The position numbers were made by a program, and so were the translations under genes. From Takakia lepidozioides (lineage: Eukaryota; Plantae; Bryophyta): a stretch of 64,000 nucleotides of DNA. Positions 12,692 through 23,800 of this stretch are shown piece by piece. The DNA lies in contig CM060732.1 of assembly GCA_030704615.1 (NCBI GenBank), positions 46,314,001-46,378,000 on the forward strand, written 5' to 3'. Positions within the stretch are counted from its first letter, which is position 1, and every line of letters begins with the position of its first letter. The notes under the pieces were generated by a model. It ran no database searches. It worked only from the letters and a program-made list of their open reading frames with translations, and was not told where the DNA came from.

Positions 12692-15600
12692 CCTTAAATT
12701 ACCGCAAACTTGAAGAACCTCTTCCATGGGAGCCCAGTCACCGAAGTTTCTCTCAACAAACTGGTAAGCAACACCACCTTTTCCAGGCCTGATAATATAT
12801 AAACCCCCTTTTATTGCACCCTCCCCGTTCGAATTATAGTCGATTCCAGTTGCCTTTGCACGCTTCCAGTTCTCTCGGGCAAGTGGGTTGAAGATAAAAC
12901 CTGTGATGATGCTTTCTTTTAGGAGATGGCCGCCACCCAGTGCCTTGAAAAAGTCCCTGTTCTCGTCTACCGCCACTATCCCTCCCCAAAACCGTGGCCA
13001 AAATGCCCTGACCTGCAGGCAGCACCGAGTGAAAGCGGGCTCAGATCACAACACAAAATTTGAGACACCAGACAGCCCAGGCATGGCTAAACTAGAGAGA
13101 CAACCGGTTACAAGGGATAGAGGGAGAGAGAGGTGGGGCGCGGGGGGGGAGGTGGTGGGGGCCTTGTTAGGCTGAGCTGCCAAGAGGTTGTAGTTTTTTT
13201 TAGGGAGAAGAAAAGGAGGGGAGGGGCAGGGGGGAACCAAAAGGAGAGCACACTCGGGGAACTCATTAAAAAGACATGGGGAGCTATCTTAGTTGCTTCT
13301 GGCTCCAAGTTTGTTCAGAAAATCTTTACATATTAGGTCAATGCCAGATTCTCCCAAAAATCGAAAACATAGAAGTACCACAGCTTTGGCCATTGTCTCA
13401 CACCTCTCAAAACTGAGCGGAAACCGGCCATTTGATGATTGTAAGGAGGTATCAGAAAATACATACTATTACCATCCTGCACATAGATTGAGCACAGAGG
13501 TTCTCTTCATCCCAGCAGATGTCTAAACTTGCAGTCAGAAGGAAGAGACAAAGAAATAAATGGAAATGGACATGCTAATTTATAACTTCCACGGAAAGCT
13601 CAAAGAGCTTATGGGACAAAAGGGAAGTAAAGAAATGAAGAAAGGAACTCTATAGCTTCCACTAAAATTCCAACGAGCTTGTGTGTGAGAGAGAGGGAAC
13701 CTCAGCATCAATATATTCATTGAGAACAACCACCATCTGAACGCCCATAGCATCAAAGATGGGCTTTCGTGCATATAACTGGTGTGCCTCAGCCCGGCAC
13801 ATTACACACCTGCAGTGTCCCAAAGTAATTACCCCACACTGTTAACTACATGTCCAATAACAACAATTAGAAATGTTTACTATTGCTCGACTCTGATAAC
13901 CTTAATCACTCTAATGCCCCTTTGGCCAAAGAAGGAGGATCAAGTAGGGATGCTACCATAATCAAACAGACAAAGCAAATCCTAATGCGTTCACTACCAC
14001 TTTAGTGTACACGTACATTGTCATATACAGCCATTACATCTGGATGCCACTAAAGTGGCTAGGTATGGCCTGATTAACCTCCCCACAGTTCTCTTTTCAA
14101 AGCGAAACCTGCAGAACTGAACAAGTTGTGGGGAAGAGTGTTTACCCAGGACGCCTAAGGCATAACAACAAGGTGGGCTTGGTTGCCCACAGGTCTGAGG
14201 CCTTTGACGGTGGGGGCATTGTGAAGCTACCCCCCATCCATGGATCTACGCCTTTCTTATGCTCTGGAGTAAGCTTTTGGATGAATACTTTCTCCAGCAC
14301 TGATAGCGGGGTTACATCCTCAGCACCATAGTTTGGCTGCACTAGACCACAGAGGCGGGCCGATGGAGGAGCTGCAGAGAACACTCCCTTGTTAATACCT
14401 CCTGGGTCCCCGACAGGTCTCAGTACTACGGGGGGTTTAAAACCTGGCTCATCATCTCTCGTTCTGTTGGAGTTACCAAATCCCTCGCCTGAGGTCTGCC
14501 GTGGGGCATTAGCAACAGACTTGCTATCGAGGGAAAGTGGGGTTGAGGTTTGGGTACCAGGCTTAGACCCAGCATCATTGTGCTCACTAAATCCATCTCC
14601 AGACTGATCATCCCCAGAAGCCAATGTGCGTTTCCTTCCAGGAAGTGCGAGGGTGCGAGGCATCTGAATCCCACAAGCTCTTCCTCTGTCTATGAGCCTT
14701 GCCACATGACCCCTTTTCATGCCATATTGAGAAGCCAAAACCGCAGGACTGGTGTTGAGTAACTCTGGTAAATTCTTCCCTGATACCTCAAGCTTGTCCG
14801 CATACTCCATAAGGGAACGGTCATGGAGGTATGTGCGAATCTCCAGGGCATCCTGAAAAAAAGGTCAGATTAGTTCTAAACATTAAACTCCACTGCATAC
14901 ATAGAACACAAAAATGTCCCACCAGTCACCTTTAACTGAAACTTACGGAGAAAAGGTGTATAAGTGATGAGCATCCAAGACCTGCTTTGTTGACAAATGA
15001 AGCTAGCAGTCAGGAGGTTACTTGTGCCTTCGGACAGAAAGACATCTGATCCAGGTGCAATACGAGCATTCTCTCTCTCCTCCGCGATCTCTCTATCTCC
15101 TTCCCCTTTTTGGTGGACGTTACAAAGTTCCTTTTAGCTTTCGTTCTTCTTGATTTCTCTTCAGCTCTGTACAAACTGGGGAAAGGTATGGTCGCAAAAT
15201 AGACCTGGATACCAATCTAGCATCTCCACTGGGGATGCTGTCCCCAACTGAGTTTTACTATCCAGACTGCCCATTGGCAGGTGGGCTTGCAGCTTCAGAC
15301 CTTCAATAGGCTGTTTCCAAGCACCGGACTGAAATGACTTCGACTGTCAACACATCACTACATTGAGCAACAGGACGAGGTGCAGTTAAGGACAATTGCA
15401 GATCACAAGTTCCGCAGGCTTATTGACAACAAGAGTAATTAAGAACCATAATCAGCGAAAAGGCTTATTCAAGTTTCCCAAGCTGCTGGAAATCAAGGAC
15501 AATTACAGATTTCAAGTTCAATACTCTTGAACGAATTTCACGTCGTGACTGATACATAGGAAGAACACGATCAGGGAAGAGGGGCTACCCGTTGCTGCTG

Positions 15601-15741
15601 CGTAAGCTGTAGATCCTCCATATCCTGGGAGCTCATCATTTTTAGCGTGGGCACGTCGCCCCACCCATCCGCTGCCAGTTTGTCGAGATTCTCCCTCAAC
15701 ACACCACTCCCGACAAAATCTTCCAACGAATACGACGCCAT
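12692..15741 (-). CDS. Peroxiredoxin-like 2A / SelU-family (AhpC-TSA_2) protein with plant N-terminal extension
   Basis: Phase-consistent GT-AG exons 15741-15589 (MASYSLEDFVG...GWGDVPTLK), 14852-14146, 13809-13701 (RRPG|CVMCRAEA) and 13012-12692 (FWPRFWGG...FVERNFGDWAP). The 3' end is unresolved: either a further short exon or read-through to 12584. Confidence 0.9.
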
Positions 15742-16002
15742 CCCTCCCTCGCTCTGCTCCTTCTTTCTTCCAATGAGATCTCTGTGCCACTAAGTGTGTC
15801 TGCAATCTCCTTCACCGAATCCTTCACGCACTGCCTTCACAGGTCCACTCCAACAGTGAGGCAGAAGAAGCAGAGAGTGAGATAAGTGATGTAGTGTGCA
15901 GAGCAGGCCGGATGACTGTGCCTGGATGACTGAGCGCCTGACGTGTGGGTCGCTATATTGGGCCGCCATACGTGCCCATATGGCTATTAATGAAGGCCCG
16001 GC

Positions 16003-16276
16003 CAGTGTTTTTTTACGATATTTGGAAAGCAGCACGAGTGGCTACAGAGTTTTGCAAAACATAGAGGTACATTCTGTTCATCCACTTCAATTCATCCATA
16101 TCTGTACTTTAATACATTTATATCATCCATATTTGGCGAATTCATCCTTAATTTATTTTTTATCTGGAGAAATTTGGCGATTTCATCCATGAAAAAACAG
16201 GGAATTTGCACCAGAATATTCCATTATATATTTTGAGGTCGAAATCTGGCGAATTTTTGCCACGAGGAAAACGCTG
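16003..16276. mobile_element. CAGTGTT-ended hAT-like MITE
   Basis: Ends cagtgttttt ... aaaacgctg, with repeated (t)tggcga motifs inside. Flanks share only (g)cccgg, so the TSD is imperfect. Confidence 0.55.
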
Positions 16277-16480
16277 CCCGGTGTTCTTTGTGTTTTTGTT
16301 TTTTGGTTTTTCCCAAGAAAAGGGGTCTTTGTGAATTGAGTGAAGGCGGCAACCAACAGTCAGTAGCTCAGTTGGTTAAGTGCACTAAGTGCCACCCAGA
16401 CGATTCTGGGGTCAAATCTTTCTACTGACGGGTGTGGTATGGCTCCTACTCCTCATGGCAGGTTACTGCGAAAGAGGTTA

Positions 16481-16832
16481 CCGTACTTACCTAGCTTATT
16501 AGGCAATAATTAATTCAAAATCAAGTGCCTAATTAAATTTAGAACATTCTCGAAAAATGTGCCTAAAACTTGGAAAAGATTCCTGAGAAGTGCCTAATTG
16601 CTCGAAAAAAAATATTTTTATGTTTTTTGAAAAGAAAATTACCTCAACAATAGGTTTTGAGGGAGGTCAAAAACAATTGTTCATTATTATCTAGGATCGA
16701 CTGTAATACATGCCTAATGTTTGGAGATTACCTAGGTAAGGTGCCTAAATAATAAAAATGAATATGCCTAATAATATTCCAATTTTATTAATTATTGGGC
16801 GCGGAGGTGCCTAATAAGCTAGGTAAGTACGG
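16481..16832. mobile_element. Tc1/mariner-type (Stowaway-like) MITE
   Basis: Perfect TIR ccgtacttacctagcttattaggca, TA duplication on both sides, internal tgcctaa repeats. Confidence 0.9.
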
Positions 16833-16838
16833 TATTTT

Positions 16839-17615
16839 CAGTGTTGGACTGGTATATGGGGTCTGCCCTCAACCAGGGTATTGAATAACCGACCCGGCTG
16901 GTATTGGCAATTCCAATACTATGGTTGATAATCGGACCGGTTGGTATTGCCCAAGCAATATCCGGGTATTATGGGCAAAGACAAGGACTATACCATGGTA
17001 TGAATAGGAAATTGGCTGGGTGCACAATATGTCAGGTGCAGGGTAAGAGGGTGCACATGTTAGGGAGGGCATGTCCAGCCCCAAGGGCCCGCCACTGTGC
17101 TTCATTTCTTACCACATGTAGGGCGTGCCTGCCCCTATTCTTTATTTTCTTTTAGCACATGTAGGGTGTCTTATGAGGACCTCATTGGAGATGCTGGTTT
17201 ATTTGACGATGACGGTGCAATCATTCTTCTTTAACTAAGATTGCTTCAATTTGCATACTAAAATCTGCAACATTGTTATTATATAATGCAAAGACTGAAT
17301 TTTGCAACATAATAATTAATTTCTTTGTGAAATCAACTGAAATCTTCTAAATTCAATACATATTAGTTTTTTTTAAATGATTTAGTGGTTATTTTGATTT
17401 TTAATTTTTATTATTTATACCCGGGTTGATAACCGGCTGGTATTAGATTGGAATACCCATCGTATTGATACCCGTCTGCAAATCGAAAATCATACTACTA
17501 TTGAGAACCGGCGGGTATTAAAATTAAGGGAATCTTTCACCGGTATTGCAAATTAATTTCTTTTCAATACCCGGACCCGGCTGGTATTAGGAAAAGTAAT
17601 ACCCGCCCAACATTG
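16839..17615. mobile_element. Non-autonomous hAT-like element
   Basis: Ends cagtgttgg ... ccaacattg. The 8-bp TSD gttatttt is restored once the MITE at 16481-16832 is removed. Subterminal ggtatt/aatacc repeats. Confidence 0.8.
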
Positions 17616-17989
17616 GTTATTTTCTCCTCTCACCATGAAGGGGCCTGATTTGGTGAGCTGTCGCTCCAGGCGTTTCCCTTTTTAAAAATAATAATAAAAA
17701 AAGGCGCCAGTATGGTGAAGCGAGCCCACTGCCAGGCTCGGGTGAGTCCACTTTCTATTTTCCTTTTCTGGATTTTAAGTTTAACAAGCGACTAGTCGCG
17801 TAATGGCTCCACCCGAATTGTGTTGGCCATCCTGATTTTATTGAAATAAAAATTATAAATATTTAAAACGCAAAATAAAAACTGTCCAATAGTATTCCTG
17901 AGGATAAAGAATAAATAAATACGAAGTTTATATTTTATGTTTTCATCTCGATAGAAAATAATAATAATAAACTAATACAAGAAACAAAT

Positions 17990-18516
17990 GCTGAAAGATA
18001 AAATTGAATGTGAAGAACCTGAGGGATAAATTTGAAGAGAACTGAATATGTGATAAAATTGAGAGAAAGTGAATAGAGCTGAAGGGATAAATCTGAAGGG
18101 AACTGAATATAAGTAACAGAGCTGAAGGGATACCGTAGAGTCCTTCGATGTCCGGCGTTAATTAATTGAAATTTTGCTTGTCACCTCGGACACTGAATCA
18201 GAAAATGGATTAGTCTTCAGGCCACCTGCACACCACTGGGAATGACCTCAATGTCGAAGCGATAAAGAATTCCGCGTTAGGGTTATCCTCTAGAGGATAT
18301 ACCTTACCTCCCTAGAGGCAATTTACATATATGTGACCAACTTGTTCAAAAAATTGTAAAAATCTAAATTTAGGCGCCGGATTCTCTGAAATAATTAAAT
18401 ATTCGGCAGCAATGCGCCGGACATCGAAGGACTATATGGTAAACCTCAAGGGAACTGAATATAACCGAAGGGATAAATCTGAAGGGAACTGAATATAATA
18501 GAAGTGAAGGGAACTC
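17990..18516 (+). repeat. Degenerate tandem minisatellite (gaagggataaatctgaagggaactgaatat)
   Basis: Several imperfect copies, interrupted by the MITE at 18133-18439. Confidence 0.75.
18133..18439. mobile_element. Tc1/mariner-type MITE
   Basis: TIR ccgtagagtccttcgatgtccggcg (23/25 match) with TA TSD. The empty site restores the minisatellite unit. Confidence 0.85.
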
Positions 18517-18569
18517 AATACCTTCCCCGTCCCTGTTGAAAACTGTCCCCTGTTATTTTTAAGAAAAAA

Positions 18570-19072
18570 TCAATATAGCAAGGTAGGTTGTTTGGTTGTT
18601 TTGTTTTGTTTGGTGCCTTGAGATCTCCCAAACCATGGCCCTGAACCTGGTGCGTGGTACCGTTGGAAAGCCTCCAAGAGGAGGGGTGCACCGACTTGGT
18701 CTCATAATTTTTGGACCTACGGTGTGGGAGATGTTGAATTTCAAGTACTTTTGGTCGCTGGAAATTCGTGAAAAATAGCAAAGTGGGCTTTCTTGGGACA
18801 ATGATTGGATATATTACTACTCATAGATTCATGGAAAAATATAAATTGGTTTCTTCTGGAATAGAAAATGATTGTATAGTATGTGCTCAACCACACAGCC
18901 CACACTATGAATGTTCATGTACTATATAGTTCAAGAACTTAGGTATATGCCCCAAAAGAAATAAGTTCTACCCGAATATTACATAGGAGCCCATCGATTA
19001 TGAAGCGAGATACAAAATCAAGTGTTTTTTTCAATTCTTCACATGTGCGCTAACGGCCCTAGGCTACCCTAG
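18570..19072 (+). mobile_element. Non-autonomous Helitron-like element
   Basis: A|TC start and ...ggctaccCTAG|T end with no TSD. Same family as 28621-30289. An inverted fragment follows at ~19120-19260. Confidence 0.6.
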
Positions 19073-19893
19073 TATGTATGCACATCCTGCACTAGTATTC
19101 AACTATAAAATCGAAGGTTTTTTTATATTTTCCATGAATTTCAAGTGACAAAAAAAAAACTTGAAATTCAATATCGCCCACACTGTCGGTCCAAATTTTA
19201 TGAAACCTGCACCTCAATGCACCCCTACCGTCTCAACGAGGGCTTTAGAGCGATATTGACCCCTAAAGCACCACAAAAGGCCGGTGCATGGAAGAGGGTG
19301 TAACTTTTTATCCCCAATCGCTATCTCGGGCTGGCGTCGTGTGAAAACTGTAGGCGATTCGACCATTGCATTCAGGAGATTTTAACAAGTGGCTAGACGT
19401 GTTGGCTCCTAAGCTTCGCGAATAGTGAAATATTACCTTCATCCATATTAAACCTGAAAGATTCATCCATTCATTTTTCATAAATTGTTCAATAAGAAAG
19501 ATGTTATCTGAGGGAGGTGTTACTTTGAGAAGCATACAAAGGAAGCAGTTTTCAGCAAAGGAGAGGAGGTAACGCCTGTGCACAAGAGGGGCTTAGGGAT
19601 TTTTGACACAGATGCCTAGTCTTAAGAGGAGCCAATAAAACTATGAGCCCCATTTTTTAAATGTATTCTAAATTGCATGTAAAAATTGGTTTGACCATCA
19701 AATTCAAAGTATTGAGTTGAATTTGCCGAGATACATGCCCTCCACAATTTGTTTATATGTCACCTACTTGAATGTCTCCAATTGAAATAGATCGCTATGT
19801 ATGGGAAATCTGGAGGATGGAATTTTCTTGAGCATTTTTTGTCACTTGAAATTCGTTTATCAGCCTCTATGGCACCCTTGGAGAGGTTACTTG

Positions 19894-20615
19894 CAGTGTT
19901 GGGCGGTTCTCTGGTTTTGGGTAGAACATGCAGGGTAGGTTCCATCTTGTGGAAGGTAAATAGAGAACCTCCGGGCCGGGTACTTAAAAACATGGTCAGG
20001 TAGAGAACCTGCGGTGCAGGGTATATCTCTGAGTTACATTTTCACGGGTACGTTTTATACCGGTTCTTTAATGCAATTATCCACCAAATCCGGTGCTCGG
20101 GTATATGGGTAGAGAACCGTATAGAGAACCGAGAGATGACCCGGTTCCGAGTTCCGGTTCTGAGTTCAAAAGTTATTATGGATAGAATAAATAAAAAATG
20201 TGCATATATGAGATGGCCACAATTGTCAATAATTAAGCTCATTTTTTAGCACAACTAACACTAAACTTCCTCTAGATTGCACTCTTGGCCTGTTGGCATT
20301 CAGTTCTAGCATTTTCACTACCCTTCTTCTTCCTCAAGGCTTCCACGCTAACCTTAGATAACCGCCCTTATTCCCAGGGTATGTGTCGCAGTTACCCTTA
20401 CCCTCCCTCTCATTCCAACTAGTAGGTCAGGTTCTTATGGATATTAGCTATTAGAGAACCCCTGGTTTGTTGCACGGGTAAATAGATTTTGGTATCCGCC
20501 GGTTCAATCTTGACTAGGGTATTTGAAATTTTAATACTCGAGGTTAAAGGGCCATATACCCAGGTTCCGGACCCGGCGGTTCTTTCACCCAAAACAAGAG
20601 AACCGCCCAACACTG
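19894..20615. mobile_element. Non-autonomous hAT-like element
   Basis: Long TIR cagtgttgggcggttctc..gttttgggt / acccaaaacaagagaaccgcccaacactg, with gaacc/ggttc subterminal repeats. The left flank gttacttg recurs 7 nt beyond the right end. Confidence 0.85.
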
Positions 20616-20853
20616 GAATGAAGTTACTTGTTCCTCTTGTAGTCTTGGGACTACTTAGTATAGCGGCTTGGATCCAAGGCATGCCAAGCAAGTGCTTTAC
20701 AACAAGATACCCAGAATAACTAGGGGTACAATTTAGGAGACAGAGGCGCAGCGTTGTGCTCACTGTGCCTCTCTCTCTTGGAGCTCAGATTTGAGTCACC
20801 CACGCACAATTTTGGGTCTGTGAGAGATATCCAGGAGAGGGAGGAGGGGGAGG

Positions 20854-23800
20854 ATGTGTGGGATTCTAGCAATACTGGGTTCTTATGACCAATCTAAAAG
20901 CAGACGGGCCCGTATTCTGGAACTGTCTCGCAGGTGTGTGTGCGAGTGTGTCAGAGAGATTTGTATTTAGCAGTTTCGTACTACGGTTGATTCCTGAAGG
21001 TTTTGTGGTCACGAAGTTGCTGTATTGCGAGAGTATTGGGTTGCAGCTGTTGGATACTTGTCGCTTGCTTCTTGGTCAGTAAGCTTGGGTTTGGATGCAG
21101 GCTGCGGCATCGCGGGCCCGACTGGAGCGGGCTTTATGTCTCTGAAGGTGCTGGTTGCTATCTTGCGCATGAGCGACTGGCCATCATGGACCCTGCGTCG
21201 GGCGATCAGCCTTTGTTCAATGAGAGCAAGGACATTGTTGTCACGGTGCCTCTCCTAGCATCCCTTCCCCCGTGCCTATTTTTATTCTGTTATCAAGAAA
21301 GCTGGATTTGGCCCACTTACCCATCGAGGTTTCAGCGAGGGTTTAACTGAAAGCAAGCTTCGTTGAAGATTTGCAGCTAATTCTTGCAGGGCCTGTGCCC
21401 ATAATGTCTGGTAACCGTGGTGAAGACGATGGCAGGTGAACGGGGAGATTTACAACCATGAGGTTCTCAAGGAGGGAATGGAGAAACATAAGTACCATAC
21501 ACATAGTGATTGCGAAGTCATTGCACATCTGGTGATGACCTCCCGTGCCCGCTCTGAGATGTTGGGGTTTAAGGATTATCATTTGTGGGTTTTCTCTACT
21601 TTCATATTCCTTTGATGAAATTAGCAATTTGCTTTGTAGGCAGGGGTGAGGTTCTCTTCTGTCGCTTCTTCCCGCCGTTAACAACCGTCAGTGCTGCATG
21701 CTTGGGTTGTGTAATGCTGCAGTATGAAGAGATCGGAGAGGACGTGGTGAACAAACTTGATGGCATGTTTTCGTTTGTTTTGGTGGACTTACGGGACAAT
21801 TCTTTTATTGCTGCTCGCGACCCCATTGGCATCACCCCGCTCTACCTCGGGTGGGGTCTTGATGGTCTCTCTTCACCTTTCTTACGAAGGACTTCCGTAT
21901 CTATTTGGGTGTGCTGGCGAATTCTTGGGGAGCTGTTTTATAGTAAATGCACTGACTTCAGCTTGATCCCTGCAGCATTACAATCAGCAGTTGCAATTGT
22001 CTTGCAGAGGTAGACACACCAGAAAGCTGAGGGAGGGGTGCACATGACAGGTTCAGTATGGTTGTCCTCAGAGATGAAGGCCTTGAAAGATGATTGTGAG
22101 CGATTTGAGGTGTTCCCACCAGGCCACATTTACTCCAGCAAATTGGGTAAGCACCCCTTCCGACCAATGTTGCTGCTGTAGGACATGCTTGTTGTATTGT
22201 ATGGGTAGCAGGCTGAGAGCTGGTGGTAATGGCAGGAGGGCTGCGGAGATATTATAACCCACCCTGGTTTTCTGAGGTCATTCCATCAACTCCTTACAAT
22301 CCACTAGATCTTCGCAAGGCATTTGAGAAGGTGCGCATCTCTGTCTCTGTCTGTCTCTTTCTGAGCTTGCTGCAGACGTTTTCAAGTATCATTTCATTTC
22401 ATTTCATTCTGGAGAAGGGAGGAGGTGCCAAAAGCCTGGGAAGAATGAGCTAGTGGCTAAGGGACACCTTGAGACCCAGGCAAACCAACAGACAAGGCAT
22501 ACCAAGCCCATGAAATCCAGCTCCCAAAGGGCTTCAAAATACATGGAAAACAGTGCTGTGCTAGGTGAAAGTTCATCCTATTTGACAGCTGGATAGCCAG
22601 CCTGGTGGTACCTGAGACCTTCATTCTTTGTTTCTGTTCCTGCACATGTTCAGTGCACCCCCCACGCCCTGCAATCCTGTCCTGTCTCTGCATGTGAGAG
22701 ATTCGAAGGAGGCGTAATTCACAAGGTCATCTATGTGGCATGGCAGGCAGTGATAAAGCGGCTCATGACAGATGTGCCTTTTGGAGTGTTGCTGTCAGGT
22801 GGACTTGATTCCTCATTGGTAGCTGCGGTGGCATCCAGGCATCTAGCTGGCACCAAAGAGGGAACCCAGTGGGGCAGTCGACTGCATTCTTTCTGTGTTG
22901 GACTCAAGGTCTCTGTCTCTATCTCTCTATCTTTTTAACCAGGCTGTTGTCAGTTGTGTGCAAGCACTAGGGCAAGTTCAGGTTAATTCTAATATACCCT
23001 GGTCAATTGATACCGCAAAACCAGCTGCTGGGTTACAATTGCAAGAAAAGCAGGCAAAGTTGAAAATTTCAAGTTCAATTATCAAAGTAAGTACTAGTAA
23101 ACAGCCCTGTCCAGATGACGCTGGAACTCGGTCTCTGAGTGAGGTTTGGGATTCCTGGATGTAGTCTTCTGGTTTTCTCCTTGTACTTCTACTGTGTCCC
23201 ATAGGCCCTCTGGGCCTCCTGTCCATGTAGTTTCCTTGTTCTCTCCTTTGTTCTGGGCAAGGCAATGTTCTTCTGAGTGGACTTCACTCATGCATCGTAT
23301 GGTAGAGAGTAGTGAGATTCTGGCGAGGAAACAGATACACGCAGAGGATCTACGTATCATGATGGTCGATTGGAGTGCAGGGCTCTCCTGATTTGAAAGC
23401 TGCAAAGGAGGTTGCAAATTATCTTGGCACCCTGCATTATGAATTCCACTTTACTGTCCAGGTTGGCTCTTCCTCTCTATCAACCTTGCATTGCTGAGTT
23501 AAGCCACAAATCTCAGGACCAATCCTACATTAAGAAAGGCCTCCATTAACTAGGCTTTCTACCTCTGCTTGCACAGTCAAACTTCTATTGGATGGGATTA
23601 TCAGTACTATCTACTCTGCCAAAGTTCACTTGGAGGAAGATTTGTGAATTCTACCCAAAAGTGGAAAGTTAAAGCAAGTTGTGCTGAATCATGTATTGAC
23701 AATGTGGGAAGTTGTTGCATTGATGTGAACAAATGTGCTATATGCCACATGCCTAACCATCGTCATCTATTCTTCATTTGGTTAACCTGGATAGAGTGTC

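Larger units (their letters stand above)
16351..17700 (+). mobile_element. tRNA-derived SINE-like element split by two MITEs
   Basis: A box tagctcagttgg, B-box-like ggtcaaatct, A-rich tail 17684-17700, and TSD-like aaggcggc (16343-50) / aaggcgcc (17701-08). Confidence 0.55.

Noticed and set aside
13100-13240. G-quadruplex-like purine tract in an intron of the PRXL2A-like gene
   Set aside because: Low-complexity sequence with no evidence of function.
13795-14150. Possible land-plant selenoprotein U: the ORF track stops right after RRPG, where Sec occurs in some SelU proteins
   Set aside because: The stop is TAA inside the intron donor. The next exon encodes TGT-GTA-ATG-TGC (CVMC), so this is a Cys homolog.
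16358-16430. tRNA gene
   Set aside because: A/B boxes are present but no convincing cloverleaf. The tail and TSD indicate a SINE; the same applies at 29331.
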